From assembly GCA_036630325.1 (NCBI GenBank), contig CP142731.1, positions 682,001 to 746,000 on the forward strand: DNA of 64,000 nucleotides, given 5' to 3'. Of the stretch, positions 34,770 to 44,957 are shown one piece after another; position 1 is the stretch's first letter, and each line of letters starts with the position of its first letter. Under the pieces are notes generated by a model. It saw only the letters and a program-made list of their open reading frames with translations. It made no database searches and had not been told where the DNA came from. The position numbers and the translations under genes were made by a program. This stretch comes from Vairimorpha necatrix (Eukaryota).

Positions 34770-37700
34770 TTTAACAAAAACAACTGTTCTAGGAGAACTA
34801 CAAAGACTCTCTCGAACGCATAAAAACTTTGTACCACTTGTTAAAGCATGTTGGTACATAACTAAAGAATTAAATAAAGAAAAGCCAAACCATGGTTCTT
34901 TCATTTATTTAGAAAATATGATGGGTGAGCCTGCCCGAGAATCTAAGGACTTTAACAATGAATAAAGTATCTTTGTTAAAGTCCTGTTATTATAGGAAAC
35001 TATTTTCTTATAAAAGAAAATCTATTTTTAAATCTTTAAAACAAAAATGCATAATCCAATTGGTTATAACAAATTAAAAAATACTTTCAAAACGCCAAGG
35101 AGACTGAATAGTCTCAAATATTTTTCTATTAGAAAGAATATGTGGTGGAAGAAAGTACAAGAACAATATTGTATTGTCAAGATACAAAGAATTCCTTATG
35201 GAGTGAAAGATCTTCTCAAAGACTTATGTAAGAAGAACTTTCCTTTGGAGAATTCCATCATTACAGCAAGAAAGTATAGACGAAGAGACACTTCTTTTAC
35301 AAAAATAATAGTTGAAAAACTATAAGCAAATTTATTGATTAAGACAGATAAAGCTAAAGGCTTTAAAGTTTTAAATGATAATAGAAAAGAACTAGAGAAA
35401 TCTAGTAAAGCAAATAAAAAGACCAAAGAGAACATAAAACTCTTAAGTCTAAACATTAATCATCTCTCTAATAAGAGAGAAGAACTTGAGTTTCTTCTTA
35501 AGAAGGAGAAACCAGAAATTATGTGTTTACAAGAAACTTGGAGACAATCTACAAGACCTTTAAAACTTGAAAAATACACTACAGTTGAAACACCTAGTGG
35601 TGGAAAAAATAAACCAGGATTAATAACTCTGGTTAGAAATAATGGAGCGATTAGATGTTCCAAAAAGGCACCGACTCAAATATTCTGCAAACTGTAGTTG
35701 AGTTTAGTTCCGCAGGCAAATGGATTAAGTATTTAGTCTTAAATGTCTACATACCACAAGACAAGGATCTCAAGAGAGAAGTCTTGGCCAGATTACTTTC
35801 TCTTTTAGAAAAAGAGAATTTCAGAAATAACTATAGTGAGATCATAGTGATGGGAGATATGAATATGCAGAGTTCTAGTCTCAAGAAAAAATTAAATGTA
35901 GTTGGTTTGCCAGTTACAATAAAATATAACAGCAAAGATGGTACAAGGATTCTCAAAGATGGTAAAAGATCTAAGAGGAAAATTGATACCATCTTTCGAC
36001 TAAAAATTAATGATAATGAGAAGATCGTCATTCTAAAGTCTTGGGTATTAAGTGACCACTTAGTGCTCAAAAGAAATATTAAACTTGCCGTTGATAAGAT
36101 CTCAGATCAACTAGTTTATGATAAGAAGATGCTGGAAAATGCAAAAGTGATTAAAAAGCTAAAAAGGAAGTTGAGTAATCAACAATTAAACATGATTAAT
36201 CTTCCTGAGATTATTCAAAAAGTTCGCACATCTTTGAAGATTTACAAAAAGAGAAGAGTCCATACTCGACTTACAATGAGATGGAGATATTTAAAAGTCT
36301 TCAAAGAAAAACGTCTATCAGCAAGAACTGTTATGAAAAATTACAATGAAATCAACTCAATTAGATTCGAATATCTCAAAAAGAGAGTTGACGAAATAAA
36401 AAGTTGATTCGCAAAGATAGATCGAAACTTTGGGCTTTACGAGGAATAAAGCTCTTTAAAAGCAATAGATCCCGAGAATTCTGGCAATGGCTGAAAAATA
36501 GAAGTGTTTCCATTCGTTTGAATCAAGTGGCTCTAATCGACCACAATAAGCTTCTTCAGACTTGCCGAGCAAAGAAGCTAGAAATAGCGAATAAATTTTA
36601 CGCCGAATTAGCGTCAGAGAATGATATAGATGTCAATGTCTATGATAAAGAAGATTTTGTTGATCATCCCTCAGAGATAACAGATGAAGAATTTCTATCC
36701 GCACTATAGAAATGCGTAAATAACAAAGCTTCCGGTCCTGATGAGATTCCAACCGAGCTATACAAACACTTACTGACTAGAGCAGTAATAGATAAATTCT
36801 TTAAATTCATGCTAAATGAATTTAATAAATATATTTGTGGAAATAGTCCTCCTGGATACTGGAGCATGGCAAACATGATTTGCCTTCACAAAAAAGGAGA
36901 TGAGACAGATCTGAATAATTATAGGGAGATCTCCTTAATTAACACAATTAGTAAGATCTATCTCAAGATAATAAATGACAGATTAACTCAATTTGTCGAA
37001 GAACAAGATATACTCTCTAGATACCAAGCAGGATTCCGAGCAGGTGAAGAGTGTATGAATCAGATTACATCTCTATTAGAAATAGTGAGAAGAAGAGAAT
37101 TCAGAGCCTTGAACACAATAATGTGTTTCATTGACTTTGAAAAAGCTTATGATAATGTAAGTCACGACTTATTTTTTGAAAAGCTTGCAAAACATAATAT
37201 CCCATTGTATTTAATCATTTCAATAAAGGATATTTATAAATATACCACCATGCGTGTAAAAAATTGGTGGTGACACGTCAAGTGGCTATAGCTACAGAAA
37301 AGGAGTGAGACAAGGGTGCCCTTGTTCTACAATGCTGTTCAATTTATTCATCAATGATATTTTTGACGGCATAGATGGAGTTTTGATCCCAAGGTCAAAT
37401 AAGAGAGTTCCGGGACTGATGTTCGCAGATGATATTGTTGTCTTCGGAAACAACATTGATGATCTTAATAATAAGATCAATAGAATTTCTAATTGGGCAG
37501 TTAATAACAGAATGAAGATTAACTGCTCAAAAAGCGGAGTATTAGAATGGGCTGCTCATTCTAACATACAAGAATTCCGAAGTTTGTATTCTCTCAGTAC
37601 AGACTTTGGTGTGATTGAGGAAGTTACTGAATACAGATATCTAGGTGTCTTAATTAAAAGAAACACGCTAGAAGAACACTTGGTCAAAGACGCAGCAATG

Positions 37701-39056
37701 CGTGGCAAGAAAGCCTTAGACGCCTCGATGCCCAAGTTGATGAATAGCAGCATCAATCTCTACTTCAAGGCGATCTTAATGAAATGTGTACTAGTACCCA
37801 CACTAATGTATGGCAGTGAATTGTGGGGAATGTCAAGTACAAGAGCAGGTAAGATTAACAGGATCTTAAGAAAATCTATCAGAATGATATTCAAAAGAGT
37901 ATTAGTTCCACTAGATAGAGTAATGGACGAGTTCAGTATCGAACGAATTCATATACAAGCAGCTCTAAGTAGATTTAGAGCATACAACAAGTGGAAACAC
38001 AATAAGACAATCATATCGGATATAATCTCAATCAATCCGAAAGAAAGAAAAACTACCTGGTGTTCAAGAACACAAAGATGGTTAAAACGATTTGTTGGCA
38101 ACGAATATGAATTAAGTGATAGTAGATTTATCACTACAAAAATAATTGATGTACTAAGAAGTCGAAGAACTTTAAATACTTCTTTAGCTGCATCAATAGC
38201 AAACCAATATGACATAAAAAATTCACAAATAAAATATGTCATGAACAAAATAAATAATAGAAAAATTAGAACATATACTAGATTGAGATGTAATCTAGTA
38301 AAGTGGTCCTCAGCAATAACCAATTCAAAAAGAATATCTATGAGTTATAGAAATAAATGCTTTTTGTGTGATGGACCACAAGAAAATTTAGAACACTTTC
38401 TGCTAGAGTGCGTCTGTTTAACTGACATTAGAACATCTTTTGAAAATAAACTGCCTCTACTGACTTGTTCAAAAACAAATAACCAAGAAAAAACCAAATT
38501 ACTTCTTGGTAATAAAATCGGATTAAGAAACAACCCAGATAAGATAAAAGAACTTTGTTGGACTATAGAGTTCTTAGATAGAATGGTTGTCTCTAGAAGA
38601 ATTATATTTGAAAAGAAACTTAAGGAGATAACGAAACAAGGTAATTAATATGAATAATTAAAAAAATGAAGATCTAGAAATAGAAGAAAGAGACGTTGAT
38701 TTATTAACAAGAAGACTTATATTTAATTATATTTGACCTGGGAGAGGTCGGGCATGATACTGATGCTGTATTGTTCCGCTGAACTGAGTCGTGTTCTTAA
38801 ATGGTGTATTGAGCCAGGGGTTTTCGTTTTTCATTAGACCCATGAAAGTGGGTCTCTAGTCATATTATGACTAAGGATGTGTCCTATGGGAACAAACTTT
38901 TCTCCTACAAGCGAGGCCGTTAAGGTATGCTGGCGTGTAAGCGCACTTATTGATGATTTTTTTCTTTATTAGTGGAGTTTTTGGTGGCTTGGAGGCTTTT
39001 CTTCGTTTTGCTGATTCTGTCTTTTTTTACAATAAACAATTTTATTTTATTTTTTT
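34770..39056 (+). mobile_element. LINE family A, copy 4, 5'-truncated in ORF1, ORF2 broken by stops and frameshifts
   Basis: ORF2 fragments at 35047, 35335, 35655, 36404, 36809 and 37305; shared 3'UTR and tail. Confidence 0.93.
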
Positions 39057-42000
39057 AACCGAGGATTGGCTCTTGCAGTAAAGAGAGACTCTGGTCTCTC
39101 TCTCACGTACTATGCGCAACATGATTGGCTCCTGGCGGGAAGTATCGAAGGAACATTCGAGATGCATAAGACACCTATCCAGATATTAGCAGTATCGGTC
39201 TACATCCCATGTAGAGGAGAAGCTAACAGGCAGGTGGCAAAGCAATGTTTGACTGCGTTCTTGCGAGAGAAAGCATCGAGACCCACGTGGACTCGCGTGG
39301 TAATTGGTGGTGATTTCAATATGAACGAAGGAGAACTTGCTGTCCTTCTAAGCCAGAGCAAATCTGGCATAGAAGTCTTACCCAACCCATTGATGAAGAC
39401 AAGATGGAGCTGGACGACCAACTGGTCGTCAATAGACCATATTGCAGCGAAAGGGTTCAGAGAAAGGCCGTTTGTATGGCCCATACAACACTATGACATC
39501 TCTGATCACTTTCCAGTGTATGTGAAAATCAAGTTTGAGAAGACCTTTATACCTGAAAGGAAGTCTATCATCTCTCGTGCTAAAGTGAAGGATGTCCGCC
39601 CAATCTTTGTGGCGGATGAAAAGTGGAATGCTGTGACAGAGAAGACAGACTCAAATCTGTCAACTCTGGCTAAAGCTTTCATTGATAGTGTCTGGGAAGT
39701 GGCTAATGGTTGCAACGTGACCTCTAAGCCGCACCCAAAAGAATGGCGAGTATACATCTCAAAAGAAACTCGGACCCTAATTGCGAAGAGGCGCAATGTG
39801 TTTAAACACCGAAAGGATCCTGACTTCGACCGTACTGTGTACGATAAGCTCATGATGAGAGTACAAAAGTCCAAAAAGAAGGACGCATGTGAGGCTCGCA
39901 CGCGAAAAACACATGCGATCGCTAAAATGGTAGTGGAGAACCGTTACAAAGATCTATTCTTAGAGATAAGATCTTCAACAGGTGACGGTGTCTCGGACAA
40001 ACCAGTACTCGACGAATCTACTGGCAGTGTCATTCATGATAAGAAAGGAAAGGAAGAACTTTGGGCCAGATACTTTGGAGACCTTGCTTCAGATAAAACT
40101 GGACACTCAAGAGACCCGAATTTCTGGATCGACAAGTTTCCTATAAAGCACAATGTCTACCCTGAGTGCAACAGTCCCTTGTATTACGAGGAACTGTGGG
40201 GCGCATTAAAATCTACTCCATGGGGGAAAGCTCCAGGACTCGACGGCATTCCGGCCGATGTCTTAAAGGTAATAGCCATGGAGGAGGAACCTGTTTCCGC
40301 GGCGGCAAAAGCTCTCTGGAAAACGGTAAGTTCCATTTGGAACAAAGCCGAAATTCCGAATGAGATCAATGTTGGCGAGGTGGTACCAATTCCTAAGAAA
40401 ACCATGTCCGTAGTGACTATGAGTGACACTAGGGGTATTGTTCTACTTCCCTCGCTGACCAAAGTTATCGCAAAGATTGCTGCTCGCAGGATTAACTGTA
40501 TCGCTGAGGAGCACGGGCTCCTGGCTAAAGAACAAGCTGGGTTTAGAACGTTGGAGGAGTGTACGGCTCAAGTAGCATCCTTGTATGAGGTAGTGAAAAG
40601 GCGAAGTATTAGAGGACAACCGACTTACCTGGCTTTTATCGATTATGCAAAAGCATACGACAAGGTTCCTCATAAAGCGCTTTTAAGGAAACTGGAGTGT
40701 ATAGGAATAGGAGGACATCTTCTTGATGTCATTAGGTCCCTATACAAAGACCCACGGATGTGTGTTAGAGTTGGCTCATCTACATCACCCATTGTCAATT
40801 ACCATTGTGGTGTAAGACAGGGATGTCCCGTCTCACCCATCCTTTTCGACCTATTCATTAATGACCTACTTCTGGGCATGGAAGGAGTTACTATTCCTGG
40901 TGTTGATAGCACCATCAGCGGACTACTGTTTGCAGATGACGCGGTTATACTGGCAGAAAGTGAATCTGCGCTGCGGAGGAACTTAAAAATCCTGTCAAGC
41001 TGGAGTGAGAAACATGAGATGAGTGTAAACGCATCGAAATGCGGTATCATGGCGATAAGCACAACCGAGCAAATCGAAGCAGGTGGTCCCGAGTCAATTC
41101 TACTCAATAAGAAAGCCAAGAGGGAACCTAATGAACCGGAATCTTTCGAGATAATGGGGAATGAAGTTCCAATAATAACAGAGTATGTCTACCTAGGTAT
41201 CCGATTTACACCAGACCTTTGCCTTAACTCTATGATGAAACATTGTGAATCTAAGGGGAAAAAAGCATTTGGAGCTATGTACTATCTTTTATCTAGGAAA
41301 GACATGCCCGTGTTCGTAAAGACACTAGCACTGAAAGTCAAGCTACAAGCTATTCTTACCTACGGAGCTGAAGTATGGGGAATGTCGACCGCCAGGTGTA
41401 AAGGAATTCAGAGAATAATGAATGCAGCATGCAGAATCATCGTTGGTGGGGGTAAAAATGCATCAATGGATAGAATTCGATCCGAGTTAGGAGTGAAATC
41501 TGTTGCGAATATTGCGGCTGTCAAGCGAGCTAGAGCTGTAGCGAAATGGCCGGGCTGTAAGACATGGATTTCTACCTTGTCAAACAGCCACTTTCGGTCG
41601 CGAGAGTGGACATGGGTAAGTGGTAACATCAAATGGCTTAAACGTTACGCTGGATGGGAAATTGGGCGGGCGCTGACAACTACCATAATCGATGATGTTT
41701 TCGCTTCGAGAGAAGTGGAATCAAGAACCAAGATTGGCACTTGGGCTGCAGAATATAGATTGTCAACTAAACCCGTCTGGATCAAGTTGGGTAGCTTGTA
41801 TCCAGAACTCCAAAGGGGGTGCTTAGGAATTGGACGAATGCGAAGTGGAACCTTCAATTTCGTTAGAAACCTTGTCAATAAGCGCATCCTGGGGAACCAA
41901 TACCGATCCTTCTGCCCATTTTGTAACAATTCGGATGAAGAGACGATAGAACACCTATTCTTTTACTGCCAGAGATGGGAAGAGTATCGGGGCCATTATT

Positions 42001-42438
42001 TTCCATGGTGGTCTACTGGGGCTAGTCAGTACATAAAAAAAATAAATAGCATGTCGATGGTGTTGCAAGCACTGTTGCGCATACTCCTGGGAGAGGAGGC
42101 TGGAAGTGATGAACTCGTATGTCTATATACGAATTTCGGAAACTCTGCGATTATCGAGCAATCTAGTACTGACTCTTTTGTAGTACCGGCTGCGAGATTT
42201 CTGCAGAGAATTATTCCTCTAAGGGAAGGTATTATCCGCAGGATAATATCTGTTGACCGAAGAGTCTCCTGGAGCCAAAGCTCAATGAGTACGGCGGAGC
42301 TTGTTGCACCATAGTCTAAGAGGGTGGGGTTTTAGTGAGTTCGAGTCTCACAGTATCAACCAATCTTTCAGTCTCACTGATTGATGTTGTTCTGCGCGGG
42401 CATTTCCCCATCCTTTGACACAAAAAAAAAAAAAAAAA
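39057..42438 (+). mobile_element. LINE family B, 5'-truncated, GC-richer, ending in A17
   Basis: Single ORF, ~110-nt 3'UTR, poly(A) at 42422-42438. Confidence 0.9.
39066..42314 (+). CDS. LINE B ORF2 (partial APE + RT + CCHC), N-terminally truncated
   Basis: SVYIP, GDFN, IDHI, SDH; FIDYAKAYD, GVRQGCPVSP, FADD, YVYLGI, YGAEVWG; CPFC...HLFFYC. Confidence 0.92.
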   Translation: MALAVKRDSGLSLTYYAQHDWLLAGSIEGTFEMHKTPIQILAVSVYIPCRGEANRQVAKQCLTAFLREKASRPTWTRVVIGGDFNMNEGELAVLLSQSKSGIEVLPNPLMKTRWSWTTNWSSIDHIAAKGFRERPFVWPIQHYDISDHFPVYVKIKFEKTFIPERKSIISRAKVKDVRPIFVADEKWNAVTEKTDSNLSTLAKAFIDSVWEVANGCNVTSKPHPKEWRVYISKETRTLIAKRRNVFKHRKDPDFDRTVYDKLMMRVQKSKKKDACEARTRKTHAIAKMVVENRYKDLFLEIRSSTGDGVSDKPVLDESTGSVIHDKKGKEELWARYFGDLASDKTGHSRDPNFWIDKFPIKHNVYPECNSPLYYEELWGALKSTPWGKAPGLDGIPADVLKVIAMEEEPVSAAAKALWKTVSSIWNKAEIPNEINVGEVVPIPKKTMSVVTMSDTRGIVLLPSLTKVIAKIAARRINCIAEEHGLLAKEQAGFRTLEECTAQVASLYEVVKRRSIRGQPTYLAFIDYAKAYDKVPHKALLRKLECIGIGGHLLDVIRSLYKDPRMCVRVGSSTSPIVNYHCGVRQGCPVSPILFDLFINDLLLGMEGVTIPGVDSTISGLLFADDAVILAESESALRRNLKILSSWSEKHEMSVNASKCGIMAISTTEQIEAGGPESILLNKKAKREPNEPESFEIMGNEVPIITEYVYLGIRFTPDLCLNSMMKHCESKGKKAFGAMYYLLSRKDMPVFVKTLALKVKLQAILTYGAEVWGMSTARCKGIQRIMNAACRIIVGGGKNASMDRIRSELGVKSVANIAAVKRARAVAKWPGCKTWISTLSNSHFRSREWTWVSGNIKWLKRYAGWEIGRALTTTIIDDVFASREVESRTKIGTWAAEYRLSTKPVWIKLGSLYPELQRGCLGIGRMRSGTFNFVRNLVNKRILGNQYRSFCPFCNNSDEETIEHLFFYCQRWEEYRGHYFPWWSTGASQYIKKINSMSMVLQALLRILLGEEAGSDELVCLYTNFGNSAIIEQSSTDSFVVPAARFLQRIIPLREGIIRRIISVDRRVSWSQSSMSTAELVAP

Positions 42439-43385
42439 TGTGTTTTCGTCAGGTCCGCGAAATATGTAGTTAGAGATGACTAAGGATCTGTTACCTACGG
42501 GAACAAATTTTTCTCCTACAAGCGAGGCCGTTGAGGTATGCTGGCGTGTAATCGCAATTATTGATGTTTTTCTGGTTGGTGGAGTTTTTGGTGGCTTGGT
42601 GGCTTTTCTTCGTTTTGCTGATTCTGTCTTTTTTACAATAAACAATTTTATTTATTTTTTATTAGGTGCAGATCTCTAAGTCTTACCAACCTTCGGCTGT
42701 TGGTTGGTAAGTAGGGTCAGCTATACTCTAGGGGTGGGAGACCCATTGCTGGTGAGAAGAACGCCGTTAACTTTCGAGTAATTCTTCATATTTTTAACCT
42801 GGGAGAGGTTGGGCATGATACTGAAGCTGTATTGTTCCGCTGAACTGAGTCGTGTTCTTAAATGGTGTATTGAACCAGGCGTTGTGTTTTCGTCAGGTCC
42901 GCGAAATATGTAGTCAGAGATGACTAAGGATCTGTTACCTACGGGAACAAATTTTTCTCCTACAAGCGAGGCCGTCAAGGTATGCTGGCGTGTAAACGCA
43001 ATTATTGATGTTTTTCTGGTTGGTGGAGTTTTTGGTGGCTTGGTGGCTTTTCTTCGTTTTGCTGATTCTGTCTTTTTACAATAAACAATTTTTTTTTTAT
43101 TTTTTTTATTGCTGGTGAGAAGGACACCGTTAACTTTCGAGTAATTCTTCATATTTTTAACCTGGGAGAGGACCCCCCACAAGAGAGCGTCCACGTCGCG
43201 GAGGGTGGGACCGATGTTTTTTAACTAGGTGCAGATCTCTAAGTCTTACCAACCTTCGGCTGCTGGTTGGTAAGTAGGGTCAGCTATACTCTAGGGGTGG
43301 GAGACCCATTGCTGGTGAGAAGGACACCGTTAACTTTCGAGTAATTCTTCATATTTTTAACCTGGGAGAAATTGGGCATGATACT
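42439..43385 (+). mobile_element. Four partial ribozyme-SINE units (42439-42663, 42664-43107, 43108-43171, 43172-43385)
   Basis: Each matches part of 17186-17664; junctions fall at T-rich tails or at ACCTGGGAGAGG. Confidence 0.88.
43172..43240 (+). ncRNA. HDV-like ribozyme fold with one C.A mismatch in P1
   Basis: ACCCCCC/GGAGGGU; all other elements match the consensus. Confidence 0.75.
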
Positions 43386-43439
43386 TGTGGTATTATAAAT
43401 ACCACAAATTATTTATTTTTATTTATTTTTATTTTTCCC

Positions 43440-43508
43440 ACCCTCCACAAGAGAGCGTCCACGTCGCGGAGGGTGGGACCGATGTTTTTTAACTAGGTGC
43501 AGATCTCT
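43440..43508 (+). ncRNA. HDV-like ribozyme fold (consensus copy)
   Basis: ACCCUCC-ACA-AGAGA-GCG-UCCACGU-CGC-GGAGGGU-GG-G-ACC...GGU-G-CAGA-UCUCU; predicted catalytic C at 43500. Confidence 0.88.
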
Positions 43509-44072
43509 AAGTCTTACCAACCTTCGGCTGCTGGTTGGTAAGTAGGGTCAGCTATACTCTAGGGGTAGGAGACCCATTGCTGGTGAGAAGAACACCGTAA
43601 ACTTTCGAGTAATTCTTCATATTTTTAACCTGGGAGAGGTTGGGCATGATACTGATGCTGCATTTGTTCCGCTGAACTGAGTCGTGTTCTTAAATGGTGT
43701 ATTGAGCCAGGCGATGTCGTTTCACACACACCACCTCTGGTGGGTCTAGTCATCGTTGACTAGAATTTGTTGTCCCATGGGAACGAGTTTTTCTCCTACA
43801 AGCGAGGCCGTAAAGGTATGCTGGCGTCAAAGCGCGATTATTGATGATTTTTTCTTTGCAGTGGAGTTTTTTGTGGCTTGGTGGCTTTTCTTCGTTTTTG
43901 CTGATTTTTCCTATCATTCTGTATTGCCTATATCTGTTTTTTTTTATTTTAATGTATTTTTCCTTACGCGGACTTGATTTTTATTTTATATGGAACTTAT
44001 TATGATGAGTTAGGAACGTTTGTTTTGATGCTGAATGTCTTTTTTACAATAAACATTTTATTTTATTTATAA
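43440..44072 (+). mobile_element. Full-length ribozyme-SINE, divergent and longer 3' variant
   Basis: Same 5' ~200 nt; diverged shared tail with ~130 extra nt before TGTCTTTTTTACAATAAAC and the T-rich tail. Confidence 0.82.
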
Positions 44073-44589
44073 CTAGCGTATGCTTTCCCGTTTTGAAAAC
44101 GGGATTTAAATGTTTTGATTTATTATATGTCCCGCCTCGGTAAATTTTGGTAAGTTTCCATTTTGGGATGATTGAATTTGACAGGATGAAGACATCTTTT
44201 CAAAATACTTTTTAGTGACATAAAATGATTAAGTTGAGACCAAAAATTTAATAATTATAATGAGATAATTTTGGGAACTTCTAAGCTCAAGTTTTGACAC
44301 TTATATTCAACTTTTTTTTGGTACATGTTTTTGTGAATTTTTTCTAGAAGGGTCAAATAAATTCTAAAAAACGATTCGGACGATATTTTGGAACTGAGTT
44401 TTACAAAAATAATAATCGAAATACAAAGGTATTAACATAAAGTATACGCACCCATGATATTCAATTTAAAGCATTAAATTTATTTTTAAAATTATTATAA
44501 CATATTAAGTTCAAAATATATAGTGTAAAATTTAAAAATCACAAAAAAAGAGGGGTAAAAAATTAAATAAAAATCTTTTATATATATGA
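44073..44589 (-). mobile_element. Non-autonomous mini-Helitron (517 bp)
   Basis: Minus strand: A|TCATATATATAAAAG (matches 2280) ... hairpin CCCGTTTTCAAAACGGG, 9 nt, CTAG|T; no TSD. Confidence 0.85.
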
Positions 44590-44642
44590 TAAACAATTTT
44601 AATTTTAATTTTTAATAAAACATTTTGTTTTTTTAAAATAAA

Positions 44643-44713
44643 AGGCTCCTGCGGGAATCGAACCCGCACCTGCTCATTACGAGTGAGCAATTCTACCACT
44701 AAACTAAAGAGCC
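44643..44713 (-). tRNA. tRNA-Thr(CGT)
   Basis: Cloverleaf: acceptor GGCTCTT/AGGAGCC, anticodon arm GCTCA-CTCGTAA-TGAGC, T arm GCGGG-TTCGATT-CCCGC; T-run terminator follows. Confidence 0.93.
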
Positions 44714-44957
44714 ATAAATTTTTTAAAATTTAAAATATATTACCGCATCATCAATAATAAATCATAGGGTTACTGTCGTGTATAGACGGGACTTTGCTAT
44801 ATTTAAAATTGCTTTCTAAAATGTTGTTAATATAAATGTATTTATTGATGGTGTTCTTGCCTCTTTGATATTTCATACCCTTTAAAGACAAACTTTTTTT
44901 CATATTTTATTTTTAATATAAAATTGTTTAGCAATTTTACTAAAGGTTAATGCTTTT

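Noticed and set aside
18547-43977. Many antisense and short ORFs over the LINEs and shared tails, repeated in each copy
   Set aside because: Shadow frames of the real ORFs or of low-complexity UTR; recurrence only reflects copy identity.
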